DNA of 64,000 bases from Ramazzottius varieornatus. Lineage: Eukaryota; Animalia; Tardigrada. Position numbers and translations under genes: made by a program. Location of the stretch: positions 8,403,067-8,467,066 of the forward strand of contig BDGG01000001.1 of assembly GCA_001949185.1 (NCBI GenBank). The letters are read 5' to 3'. Under the pieces are notes generated by a model that was given only the letters and a program-made list of their open reading frames with translations, had not been told where the DNA came from and did not search any database. Of this stretch, positions 26,798-38,243 are shown piece after piece. Each line of letters starts with the position of its first letter. The first letter of the stretch is position 1.

Positions 26798-27113
26798 CGC
26801 TGTTATTGGATTGTTGTTATTTACCAGCTAAGGTCTTCCGTTTCGCGATCGTGCTAATTTGAACAGTTGAATACCCATACTGAGAAACTGAAAAGAAAAG
26901 TATACTCGTAAAGTTAACAATATTACAAGAGGCTGACGTGGAAACTGCAAGTGGCGCAGGCTTTCAGTATTGTCGGCTGTAAGGGTGCGCCACATGAAAG
27001 GACGGTTTTGTTTAGTTTGTTGGGCTCGGTTCCACAGAATAGGAATCAGCAGGAAAAACAGTAACAACGAAATATGTGCAAATTTCAACGTTATGTACCA
27101 ATGGAAGAAAACT

Positions 27114-27629
27114 TTATTCGGGACCTAACGTTTTGTTGAAGGAGTTGGCAGGAGGAATGAGCTTGACCTGTTTCTGTTCGACGCTGGTCAGCTTCGGTGT
27201 TCGTGTGCCAAACTTCTCCGCGCTGGAGCTGTCGTCCCCCCTCCTCTCGAACTTGAGCTTGGTTTCCCGTTCCAGCGTCACCTTGACGTTCTTGCCATCG
27301 AGGATCTGTCGAAGGACCTCTCGAGGGAACATTGACTCGAAGCGTTTCATGGCGGTCATCCCTGCATCGGCCTGCATTTCCACCGAGCTGGTCTTGTGGT
27401 CAAAATCCGAGCCGAAACTATGGTGCGGGTGTTCGATGATGGTAGCGTTGAGGTCGCGAAGACGATCTCGTTTGGTAGAGGCGGCCTTGCTCATGGGGGA
27501 CGTGGCGTTGTCCGTTCGGGGTTCGCGCAACCATTCCTTGATGGCGTCCACATTCTCGTACACTTCCTTGACTTTGGCGCTCTCCAGCGCGACAACGAAG
27601 CCGAACAACAGGCACAAAAAGACTTTCAT
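27114..27629 (-). CDS. Orphan secreted protein (171 aa) with dibasic sites
   Basis: Signal peptide MKVFLCLLFGFVVALESA, hydrophilic remainder with KR/RR sites, C/G-ending codon bias. Confidence 0.7.
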   Translation of the reverse strand: MKVFLCLLFGFVVALESAKVKEVYENVDAIKEWLREPRTDNATSPMSKAASTKRDRLRDLNATIIEHPHHSFGSDFDHKTSSVEMQADAGMTAMKRFESMFPREVLRQILDGKNVKVTLERETKLKFERRGDDSSSAEKFGTRTPKLTSVEQKQVKLIPPANSFNKTLGPE

Positions 27630-28525
27630 GATGGAGATTGTAGTGAAGGCTGTAGTATTTTCAAAAACGTATTCCAGTAAGTTTTGCAAGAACAGATTGA
27701 TGATAAATCGTCGCGCTGTCGACCGGTTAAATGTGAAAATCCAAGGTACGAGTATAGCGTACACGGTCAGCAAGGTCTGAGACTTTGAGGAAGCTGTTCA
27801 TATGGTCAAGGTTGCTTGCGTTAAATTACCGTATGGACGTCATAGCTATTGTCTGGCGAGTACAATTGACGCATAATGCTTCTCCTGTTGAAGTTACTCG
27901 TATTCATTGTTAAAATTCAAAGAATTTCAAATCTGAAACTTTTCGACGAGACCAGCATTGACGGTTTTTGTTGTGCTGGATGGTCACTGGGCGGCTCGGG
28001 CATTAATGTCAGTTCGCTTCTGGAGGGGGTTTCTGTGTAGTTTTTGCTTGTTCTTTTTGTATCACTGCTTCCTCATTTTTCGAATGCAGATTATTTTCTT
28101 CAAATAAAGATTCATAAAAGTTTCGAAGTCCTCAAGCAGATAGGAAAATGGGTCCAGTTAGTTTTTGTTTTGGAGTCGTCAGTGATGACTATTCTAACGT
28201 CCCCATCAGCGAGCTTACGTGGCTCTCTAAGTTAGAGTGCTGTGACAGTGTAATATGCTTGAATTTCCATGAAGTGCAGCCAATCGACCCTCAAAGAATT
28301 TATTTGCAATATTGTATTTCAACGGATGCTTACCAGAAGGATTCAATATCACCAATTACAAAAGTTTGCACTTGAATCCTTGCAGGATAGCGCTCAGTTG
28401 TCCCTGCGAAAAACCATTTTGATCCCAGTAACATAAAAGTGCACCATCTTCCATAAAAAAAGCGCTCAGTGAATGTTCGAAGGATGCGGAAGCGGTAAAT
28501 AATCGGAGCGAAAAAAGGTAAAAAC

Positions 28526-28549
28526 TGCCGCCTCTCGGAATCGAACCGA

Positions 28550-28581
<32 letters not shown>

Positions 28582-28597
28582 ACTAGACGAAGGCGGC
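28526..28597 (-). tRNA. tRNA-His (GTG)
   Basis: GCCGCCTTCGTCTAGTGGTTAGGACACCACGTTGTGGCCGTGGCAACCTCGGTTCGATTCCGAGAGGCGGCA: full cloverleaf, A and B boxes, downstream T-run terminator. Confidence 0.95.
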
Positions 28598-29164
28598 GCC
28601 AACTCATTACCATTTCCCACTATACTTCCTCTTCATGTATACCTATTTAGCCCTATATTCTGCATACTCGAAGGCTTCTCTCTCGCGACGACCCCAGCCA
28701 TTCTGTTCCCGACTTTTCAAAAGAACGTCAGTATGGCAAACTGGAACAGCTTAACAGCCGAAACTGATGAACACTCATGGATTGCGTAAAAGGCCAGTCA
28801 CGCCAGGTATGCATCACAAGTACGCGAGACAGCTCTTCAGATTGACCGGTAACACCTCTTTTAAGCGTTCGAAGCAACGTTAGCAGCACTTGCTCATATC
28901 CGATCCACACACAACGCAGCTATCATGAATGCATCTCACACAGCTCATATTACGGAACACTCCTGTAATCATCCTGATGGCCCACTTCACTGAAATAATT
29001 CCCACTACGCAAAACTCATTGCAAGCACCCTCATACAACGTATGAGTCAGACTTCCCATCAACCCGTGTATTTAACGAACTGAGTCTCCATCATTTTTCT
29101 CGATGCATGTTCCCAAAGTAGAAATTTTTCTAACCAGAGTAAAAATTTCCGCATTTTTTTCGAG

Positions 29165-29620
29165 ATGGAATCGTCGGTTTTATGCTTCGTTGCAGCACAT
29201 TCGCTGACTTTTATTTTCTCCATCTGCACAGCCGAAGAACTCAACTCATCGAGTCTACTTCCACCAGCTTTTCTCCCTGTTGGTTCTCTTCAGAAAGTCG
29301 ATCACGCACATTCCAGGCCAGCACAAAACCTTAGTGCCGACGAAGTTCCACAGCTGACTTTTCCGGAAGGTGCCGACGCGGGTCCGCCGTTCCTCGCCTC
29401 TTCGCCCATACCCGACATCCTCGATATCACCAAACCTCCGGTCACCAACCCACAAGCTGCCTTGTTTTTCACGGGGGGTCGACCACGCCTGACGACGCTA
29501 TCGGTCATGGGTATCGACATCGGTACACTGCTGCCTAAGCAGGAAATGCAAGATGATGACATGGACTTTCCTCGGATGGCTATGCGCAACCACGACGCCT
29601 TCGTTACTGCGAGATTTTGA
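29165..29620 (+). CDS. Orphan putative secreted Pro-rich protein, 151 aa
   Basis: Hydrophobic N-terminus MESSVLCFVAAHSLTFIFSICTA; single ORF. Confidence 0.5.
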   Translation: MESSVLCFVAAHSLTFIFSICTAEELNSSSLLPPAFLPVGSLQKVDHAHSRPAQNLSADEVPQLTFPEGADAGPPFLASSPIPDILDITKPPVTNPQAALFFTGGRPRLTTLSVMGIDIGTLLPKQEMQDDDMDFPRMAMRNHDAFVTARF

Positions 29621-30173
29621 TGACTAGGGAACCCACATCGTCTTTCCTCTTCCGCTTTCATCTCTTCTCAACCGCTGCAAAATTGTGTACAATGTATTTT
29701 TTTGCCCGGCGTGTACAGATCTGACTTTGTTCCATGTCTCTTAGCTTTGGGAACCATCTTTTTGTACGTAAATTAGCAAGTGTGCATTATGTGAATGAAA
29801 GCATGTTTACATAGTGGGCTCTCTTCACACTTCAAAATCATTACTAAGGTGATACACGAAACCATATATTTTCTCCTCACTAAGCAACTGAAGACGATGA
29901 TACTACAAGAACTCAGCGAAGGGCTAGTGTTTTGGTCGTTCCGCCGGAATACCTCAAATACCCAACCTTCACGCTCCATGAAGTTCTCTTCACCAATGTC
30001 ATGTCCATCGCGTCCTGTTTACTTCACGTGACACCCACATTTAGATTTGTAAAGAAGCAGAGTAACATCTTGGCCAGGAGAGCGTTTCAGTGTCTCCAAC
30101 AGAAAATTAATGTCCGCAGTCCTTGACAACTTGCAAAAATAACTCTTTGCTTTCTCAAAACTTATCGACCATT

Positions 30174-31055
30174 ATGACGTGGGCCCTATGGGTCCTTGTG
30201 CTGTTAGCCTGTGGTTGTAGTAAAGTCACCGATGGGACTGAAGCTGGACATGCTGCCGCACCTGCTGGCCACGAAGCCTCCACTTCCAGCAAGAGTGCAA
30301 CCATGCTCATCACTCCGCAAGCTACCAACACTTCACTGAACTGCTCGGAATTTCTCTGGCAAACATTCACCCAGTCACTGGCCTCCAACAAGACCGTCAA
30401 GCCTGACGTCCACACGGCCACCACCAACGGCGGCGGCACATGGACCGCGCCCGTCTTCAACTTCACCAAGAGCAACTGCACGGACAAGACCGAAGGGAAA
30501 TGGACCATCGAGACCAAACGCTTCCAAGCCCTACCCGCCCAGTTCTCCATCCAAATCAGCGAACTGAGAGACCACTGGAACATGACCTTGGTCAATTTCC
30601 AGAAAGCTTTCAACACGGCCTTTCATGCTCCCAGCAAAGCCCTGGCGGAAGTGACCAACGTCACCATGAACTGGTTCAAAAACGGGACCAACAGCACCAC
30701 GGTGACCAAGACCTCGGAAAAGAAGTCGAATGGGACGACGACCACGTCGAAGAACACCACAACGACTACAACTAATGAAAATAAGGCTGAAGCTGTCGGC
30801 GGTGGATCATCAAACGACCATAAACCTCCTGCTGCTGGTGGTGGCGCAGCTAGCGATCGTAAGCCTCCTACAGTCGAACGAGGGAATGGTGGTAAGGGTA
30901 TTCAAGTATCGCAGGTTCCTGCCGGTGGACTTTGTGTCCTGGGACCTACCACACCCGGCGGCAGCCGTGTTTCTGCTGGTGGCAGTACTACTGCGACGAG
31001 TGGCCGTGGAGCGACCCCGTCTCCTGGCGGACATCCTCCTGCAAGCACCCATTAA
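30174..31055 (+). CDS. Secreted Thr/Asn-rich glycoprotein with a Gly/Ser/Thr low-complexity tail, 293 aa
   Basis: Signal peptide MTWALWVLVLLACGCS, about ten N-x-S/T sequons, strong C-ending codon bias in the 5' part. Confidence 0.75.
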   Translation: MTWALWVLVLLACGCSKVTDGTEAGHAAAPAGHEASTSSKSATMLITPQATNTSLNCSEFLWQTFTQSLASNKTVKPDVHTATTNGGGTWTAPVFNFTKSNCTDKTEGKWTIETKRFQALPAQFSIQISELRDHWNMTLVNFQKAFNTAFHAPSKALAEVTNVTMNWFKNGTNSTTVTKTSEKKSNGTTTTSKNTTTTTTNENKAEAVGGGSSNDHKPPAAGGGAASDRKPPTVERGNGGKGIQVSQVPAGGLCVLGPTTPGGSRVSAGGSTTATSGRGATPSPGGHPPASTH

Positions 31056-31329
31056 CCGCTGGCCGTTCAAACTTGAAAGTATGTCACACCTTTCAATTCT
31101 GTCATTTTGAAATCGACGTACCATTTTCCATTTGGCAATCGGCATGAGTATTTTCCCCAGCGCTATGATAAAGCCAACAAAAGAAAAAGACAACTGGTTT
31201 TCGTTCGTCACTATTCTGATCTACAGAAATCTTCGGAAGATTTCTTGTATTTGAACATCGTAGCAAACTTTATGTGCGAGGAGCGAGGTCTTACTTTGCT
31301 TACCATGCGTCACAAGCCGTGCGCAGGCT

Positions 31330-32475
31330 TCTTAGGCTTTGTGACGTAAGCGTGACGTACATGAACAAGGTTGTACGCTGAGCAAAGTAAGACCTCGCTC
31401 ATCGTACTATGCACACGAGTCGAACTGGTAGGTCGACCCAGCCGTGCTTCAGTCGTCAAAAACGAGATTTTTGTCCGGTGTGAGATGTTGAACCCGGACT
31501 CGTTGGTTTCGTACAGGTCGATGAAGGATTCTATGTACCTCTTGTGAATTTCGTCGACCTTTGCTTCACTTGGATTCGAGTCCTTGTTCACGATGATGGG
31601 CTTCCCCATTAAGACCAAAACATTGTAAGAAAGCCATGGCCAGGCAAGAAACCTATGTAGTTGGTACCAACCTATCATGTGCAAAGGGACCCGGAAAGGC
31701 GTGTTGAAGATCCCCTGACCCAATAGCAGGATCGGAGGATAGGCGTGGACCCAGGTGTTAACCTTCTGGTACAGGCTGAACTTCGTCCATGGTAATTTCT
31801 GAATTTCATAGCTGGTTTTCACCGAAGGAAAACGTCGGGACTAAGTCCGCCCTGAGAACCATGCATGATTAGGATGTTGGAAAACGACAGTTATTAACCA
31901 TACAAGATCGTTCTGCCAAGTGGCGCAGTTTGTCATTTTTTTCGGCGGGCAGAGTGCGCCACTTGGGAGAACGAGGCTTTCCTGGTTGTCTGTTTTCTCA
32001 AGTGGCGCACGAAGCCGACGTTGCTGGCTGGTAGCGTGCGCCTCTTGGCAAATGAACTTGACAAGTTCGTTTGTCAGCCTCGAGCTCGCACTTATTCTCC
32101 TTCCGACCTTACATCAGTAATAACAAACGTTTGATGTAGCCTACCTATTTTGTAGCGCAACTCAGAGAAACGTTTTTCGGTTTTTCAGCACAATATAATT
32201 ATAAGTTTGATCGGGTAGCAACATCAGGGCGTCTTCGGCGCCTCCGACTATAATTACCAAAGCTTTTCCTTTGTCTTTCAAGCAGTCAGTGATACTTCCG
32301 CGACAGACATCCACGATGCCGGAGACGGCGCTCAAGTCTCAAAAGATCGGACAGTGATGGAGCGACGAGTGCGTCAAGAGGTGAAAGTCAATGCCGGGGA
32401 AGACTTTGGAAAGCCCCGGAGCCTCAGTGGCAAAGTCGAAGAAGGCGCCACCATCGGAAACGCCGTGCGGTTGTC
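31330..32475 (-). pseudogene. DGAT2/MOGAT-family acyltransferase pseudogene, 5'-truncated
   Basis: QPHG...GAFFDFATEAPGLSKVFPG, IIVGGAEDAL...LKNRKTFL*VAL, ADLVPTFSFGEN, GKPIIV...EIHKRYIESFIDLY. In-frame stops and frameshifts; one intron retained. Confidence 0.85.
31900..32075. repeat. Fixed-spacer palindromic element, 2 units (DGAT2-like pseudogene intron); last paired copies in the window
   Basis: AAGTGGCGCAG 31918-31928, N25, GTGCGCCACTT; second unit from about 31999. Confidence 0.9.
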
Positions 32476-34199
32476 CGGTGGGACTCCAAAATCAGACCGA
32501 GCGAAGTAGGGCTCTTTTAGGGGGGAGGGGTGTAAATGCTGTCATCTATTTGCACCACTCTTGAAGAAATTGTATCTTACCGATGTGAGGCCTTGCATCA
32601 TTCGGCGCACGAATGCTGGTGTGAGCGGTGTCCATCTGTTCTCTCTTGCTACGTCGTCGCATATCTCTGGTCTTTGCCCGTTAGCTTGGCGAAGGTCTTG
32701 CCAAGCTAGCAGGATCTCCAGTTGGGTCCTCCGGCGAGAACCCTTCCGAGGTGATCTTCGGCAAGATTGACCCATCAGGATTCGGCGGCCATCGCCGGTG
32801 AAGCAATGTCTCAGCAGACCATCGTTCCTCCGGTCCCCAACCAAAAATCACGCTAGCAACTACAAAATACTGACTTGATAAAGACCGGCGTCAACGCCGG
32901 CAAGCTTGTCGTAAAGATGGGTATCCGTTTAAACGTCTCGCAAACCAGTCGACTGATCCAGACGCTGGACGCCACAACAGTAAGTGCAACACCCCCATTC
33001 CATTGACCGACATGTTAGCAACCATGGTGCCATAAAAAAGTCGAGATATATGGTAGTTGGCGTACCGTAGCCTTACTATCGAACAACACACGTACAGTTG
33101 GGGCTCAGGGAAAGGTGACTGCCATGACCCCGAAGCCCTTCCCTGCAGTTGTCGCAAACTTGCCGACCAACTCGATCAGGCAAAGCAGCTCTTCGACCAT
33201 CGCGACAACCCCCCAATCAACCGAAACGAGCGATGGCAACGTCAGTTGTGCTTCCTAAGGCACAACCCTAAATCCCATGATATAGACTAATCTGACCCTG
33301 AATGGACGGCTCGAGGTTACTCCTACGACAGGTAACGCTGCCGTGTTAACTTACTCGTGAAACCACACTGGGAATATTGGCTGTCAACACAACGGATAAG
33401 GCGGTGGCTGATGCTACTGTGGCACATGTGGCGGTGACACACACAGAGGGCATGTCGATGGAAAGAAGGGACATGGTGGCAGTGGTCGCGGTAAGCGAGG
33501 AAGATTGAATAATGCAAAGCGAAAGGCCGTGAGAGACGGAAAGGACCCTCGCTTTGGGCAAGTCGGTGTGAGAGATAACGAAGAAAACCCCGTCACGACG
33601 ACGCTTGCAAATCCAAGGTGAATCCCACCTTCCCAATTTCCCCACGGGAACGATAAGAAGTGAATGCCACGACAAGGATTGTGCAAACTATGGTGGTGCT
33701 CGCCAACCCTGTGTCAAATTCAGTTTCTATGTATGGCCACGCTACTGCTTCCAAAACTTCAGGATGGTGTGTCCAATACGAGCATGAATTTGGCATCGCG
33801 TTGATAAGTGTTTCTGACATTCTATCATATACGAACGTGATAAAAACATCGTCTTCTTCCATGCGTGAGAAAGTCTAGTGAGTATATCCATTGGGTTGGT
33901 AGGCTTGCAAACATCATTCTAATAACCTTTAATTTGTTCGAATGCTAGTCAGACTTCGCGCTGTATGAGCAAACTTGAAAACGATGTGGCAAGAGCGCCG
34001 AAGAAAAGCGATAACAAGGAAAAGTTTTCTAATTCTAAACAAGCAAAACCACGTCAATATTGTTTTTACACCACTGGAAGTTCGAGAAGTTCAGTCTGCC
34101 CAGATGATTCTTGAAAGTTCCGAAGGTATTCAAGTCAACAACTGTAGGAATAAACAAGGGATCTTTTGCAAAGCCTCGGTGATGTAAGCGAAGGAACCC

Positions 34200-35583
34200 A
34201 TGGTGGAGTCCAGCAGGGAACGTGAGGAGGGTGCTGTTGAAAGTGGACTCAGCATCATGACTTTATCTTGGCTCCTGGTTCTCAGGTTCTGGCTTGGTTG
34301 GACAGCTCTCATCAGCTGGTTTCCGTTGGCGAAGTTTCCGCTCCAAATCTTGTAGGCGTTGACCAGGATTTTCTCGCATCGCCGATGCCACGGTGGTTTC
34401 CATGCTACTTCTCAAAGGTGTTGCTGGTAACGGCGGAAGTCTAGGTCATGGAGCTGGTTCTCTTTGTCAGCTGGGCTAAGGCGGATGCTTTGAAGGAATT
34501 TCTTCTGGATGGATTCAAGCTGCCTCTGAAGAGTCTTTGTGGTGGAGAACCAAGCAGAAGAGGCGTAATCGGCAACCGATCGTACCAGACTTGTGAAGAG
34601 AAGTTGCTTTACCGCTCCGTACCGTTTAGGGAAGAGGGCGTTGATAGCGTAAAGCCTGCACTTTGCCGTGACTTTTTCCACTTGAGCTGTCCACACCATC
34701 GTGGTAGAGAACTTGACACCAAGACACTCGGCTTCGCTCACCGAGGGAACCTTCTTGCCATCAGGAACTTGGACTTTCTTGATCTTGTCTCGAGTTTCTG
34801 CAGGTCTTGCTGGAGGGCTTTACAGTCTTCTGGGGTTTTGATGATCCGCCATAGGATGATGTCGTCTGCATACTGCATGACGAAGCACCGAAGTTTCTTG
34901 GCCAAGTTGTTGACAGCAATGATGAAAAGGATTGGACAAAGATTCGAACCTTGAGAAGTACCAGACGGCACACCACGCTCTGACAAAAAATGGCCATCGA
35001 CGACGACTCTTTGACTTCGGCCACGTAGGTAATCAGAAAAGAGGACTTTCAGCTCACCTTCAACTCCGTGATTTGACAGACTGGCAGTGATCGTGGAATG
35101 GGGAATCATATCAAAGGCTTTCGAACAGTCCAGGAGCACAGCATCTACTTCTTCCCTTCTCAGCAGGGCTTGGGTGTATTGGTGAGCCATGTGGATCAGC
35201 TGCATCTCCGTTGATCTTTGCTGTCGGAGTCCGAACTGCGAATCTGGAAGTAAACCCTTCCCATTCAAATAGTTGGTCAAATGGCTCGCTACAATCTTCT
35301 CGAACAGCTCGGAGATAGGTGGCAGAAGCGAGATAGGTCGGAACTGCGATCTTCCTTTCTCCGGGATCGGGACGACGACAGCCTGCTTCCACAACGTTGG
35401 ATACTGGCCTTGGCCGATTATCCGATTGAAGAGTCTAGCGAGCGGATACAAGATGGCCGTTCCAGCGATCTTCAGAAGACGAATTCTTGACTGATGTATT
35501 CTGCTTTCTCTTGCGGATCGACGATGTACTTTTCATCATGGCCAGGAACGGGGATAGGAGGGATGGGAACGCTGGAGGTATTC
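34200..35583 (-). mobile_element. CR1/L2-group non-LTR retrotransposon RT fragment (degenerate)
   Basis: FRPISLLP, QFGLRQQRSTEMQL, LDCSKAFD, SGTSQGSNLCPILF, QYADD, LVRSVADYASSAW; frameshifted. Confidence 0.85.
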
Positions 35584-35714
35584 TTCTTCGCATGCGCAAG
35601 ATAAGCTTTCAAAAAACTGATTACAGCCATGCACAAAACGCAAGCCAATTTGCGAAAGCATAAAGAGGCCCGGTAGTACCGGACCCTAAAACAATAAAAC
35701 AATTCAAATCAGCT

Positions 35715-37872
35715 AAAAATCTCGGTTATTGACATCGACAATAGAATAGATCCCCTCCAAACCTCTATGACTAGAAAAGGTTCCGAAAACAGAGGCAGCA
35801 TTACCACGTTGAATATCTATACTAAGCTTTTGCTTCAAAAACGAGAGATCTTGTTTCGCCGGTGGCTTCTGCTATTCTTTTGCCTATCTGCTGGATAAGG
35901 CTAGATGCTTCGTTACCGAAAACACCGAAAGTTTCGAACGCTACTGGACAGAACAGGTAGTGACCATCCAGCTCGCGGTACTTGTGTCTCTTGAGCTCTT
36001 CCGCCTTGTTGGCGGCATAACCGGGCTGCTCCGCTGATCTTCGCAGGTATGTTTCTGCAAGAGTGTCAACACACATCCCAGACAAGACCCTTACCTTGTT
36101 GCGGCGGGATGAGCGTCAGTCCGTCAGGTCGTTTCTGGTCGTCCCTGAGGATCCCGTTGGGCTCAAGAACGTTCGGGACTTTACAGCTGATGAGGGCACG
36201 GTGGAGGGAGTCATTCAGAGCGGAATGTCTCGAATGACGTCCGGCACTCAACTGACAAGACAAGCCGTGGCGCGCCAACTCGTCGACAAGTTTTTTGCAA
36301 CGATAAACATGGGGCTCAGAGAGCCTAGCCCCAAGACGCAAACAAACTGAGATGCGAAACGAGTTGTCGTCCAGCAAATTACCTAAAACAGAAATGGGTG
36401 ACGCATTAAGCCATACTCCTGAGTCCTTGGCTGATACGGCAACTAGTCTGGCTCTTTCTGCTTGGGAACTAGCATCCAGAAGGGTTTGATAGTGCTGGTC
36501 AACTATCGGGATGTCCCACGCCTTCTGCGCTGATCGGCGAGTGAGAATGGGAGGCTGTGAGATACTTTGTTCCTGCCAGAGGTTCATCGCTGGCGATACT
36601 GTAATATTCACGTCGAGTTGAGGATAGATCTGTTTCATCAGATCGAAAGCCGAGTGAACGGAAGCCAAAAAGGCCGGGAGAGCCAATTCATCGACGCGTC
36701 TGATTCCTAGACTGCCCCTACTGACGGGAAGGCTTGACTGCCGCTAGACCGTGTCGTCCATTGCGATGTTGGCGATTTTACCTGCACATTTCCGGATGGT
36801 CTCATCAAAGGCTTGAAGGGAAGCAAGGCAACTGAAAGTTGGGCTGCAACGAAGGATATACAGTAGCTTGGGTAAACTAAGGCAGTTCTTCGACAGAAAC
36901 AAAGATTGGTGGGCCGAGATTTTTTCCAAGCGTGTAGTCATGAGCTCAGCTTGTCGAATCTTTTTCTCTAGGACTGGAGGGATCGCTTCGGGAAAAACTG
37001 GAGCTCCAAGTAGCGTTAGGGTCTCCTTGTCCGGAAACATTACGCCAGGGCAGAGGAGCTTCATTTTCTGGCGTGTAACTTGCTGTTGGGTAAGAGTACC
37101 TCCACAGACAACAAAGTCAAATTTGGACGTATTGAGCTCAAGGCCCAGACAAGCGCCGATCTCCACAATGGTCTGGAAGTCCCTGCTTACCAGTTCAAAG
37201 TCTCCACCAAGCGTGGAATCGTCAAGATACCATACATTGAAGGGTGACTGCAGCGACTTGGACAGGTTCCGGGTCAGAAGACAGAACAGCAATGGCCCTA
37301 GGGGGTCTCCCTGTTGAACCCCCCGGGCGGAAGGGATGACGTGCTCGCCGTAGATGAGATTTGTTGGCGATCTGTACATCTGAAAAATAAAAGGGTTACC
37401 CTCGGGAAGGAACTTCTGGACCTCCTCGAGTAGCCTGTCTCTGTGAACGGAATTGAATGCATCCCTGAAGTCAAGTTTCAGCAAAGTTTGGCAGCCTGTC
37501 TGGCCTGAGAGGAAAGCTCTAGTGAAATGTACTGCTGCTTCGGCGCCGCTTCTAGTGCCATAGCCGAGCTGTTGGTGTCGTATAAGCTTGCCTGTAGCTT
37601 CCATCACTCGTTTACTGACGATCTTTCCCGCTAAACGCCGAAGAGTGTTACCGACCGCAATGGGCCTTATTCCCCCCGTCTTCTTCAGCAGAGCGATCAG
37701 CGAGGCACCATACAAGGTAGGGCAGACATCTTCTGGTACTTTGCCATCCAGCATCAAGCCGACCAAGTCGGCAAGTGCTTGCGCCAGCTGTAGCGACATA
37801 GGATCCCTCAGACCCCCTAGCAGGTCTTTCAGGTGCTGAGGGCGAAGACCATCAGGACCCCCAGCTGAGTCA
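35715..37872 (-). mobile_element. CRE-type non-LTR retrotransposon (RT plus restriction-like endonuclease), 5'-truncated and disrupted
   Basis: GGIRPIAVG, LKLDFRDAFN, GVQQGDPLGPLLF, WYLDD, zinc knuckle HGLSC, RHSALN, KRPDG, PVAFETFG, QRGNA. Stop at 36744 and frameshifts. Confidence 0.88.
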
Positions 37873-38243
37873 CAGGGTTAACTGCTTACATCTGACATAA
37901 TTTCCTCCGTGGTGTCAGTTTTGACTAGTGGTTTGTATCTTTTTTTTTGCTGTCCCTTCCTACACCGATTTGAACCGGACAGGAGCGGACAGCCCTGCAC
38001 CATCATGGAAACTTAAGGCGCGAAAAAACTGAATTTTTGCCTTTAACTAAAAGAATTAAAAGAAACTGTAAACTGCAAGTCATCGTTAACTTTCAAAATC
38101 TAGAAGTCCGAAGACCGACACTTCGAAACCTATTGCGTTGGGTTTCCATTGAATACAATTGTACGAACAGCAAACTGCGACAAAATCATGTATGCGGACC
38201 ACTGAAAAAGTACGAATAAAAATAAAACATGCGGCTGACATTA

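Noticed and set aside
27076-27780. 234-aa plus-strand ORF
   Set aside because: Antisense shadow of the codon-biased secreted-protein gene on the minus strand.
29165-29620. C-terminal ...TARF as an RFamide neuropeptide
   Set aside because: No following Gly or basic site for amidation.
1076-32075. CRISPR-like reading of conserved repeats with fixed-length variable spacers
   Set aside because: The arms are inverted rather than direct repeats, arrays are only 1-2 units and dispersed in eukaryotic introns, spacers share a loose consensus, and there are no cas genes.
1570-32120. Many short ORFs containing KWRT, VRHL, CATW or SGAR peptides
   Set aside because: They are translations of the palindromic element, not a protein family.
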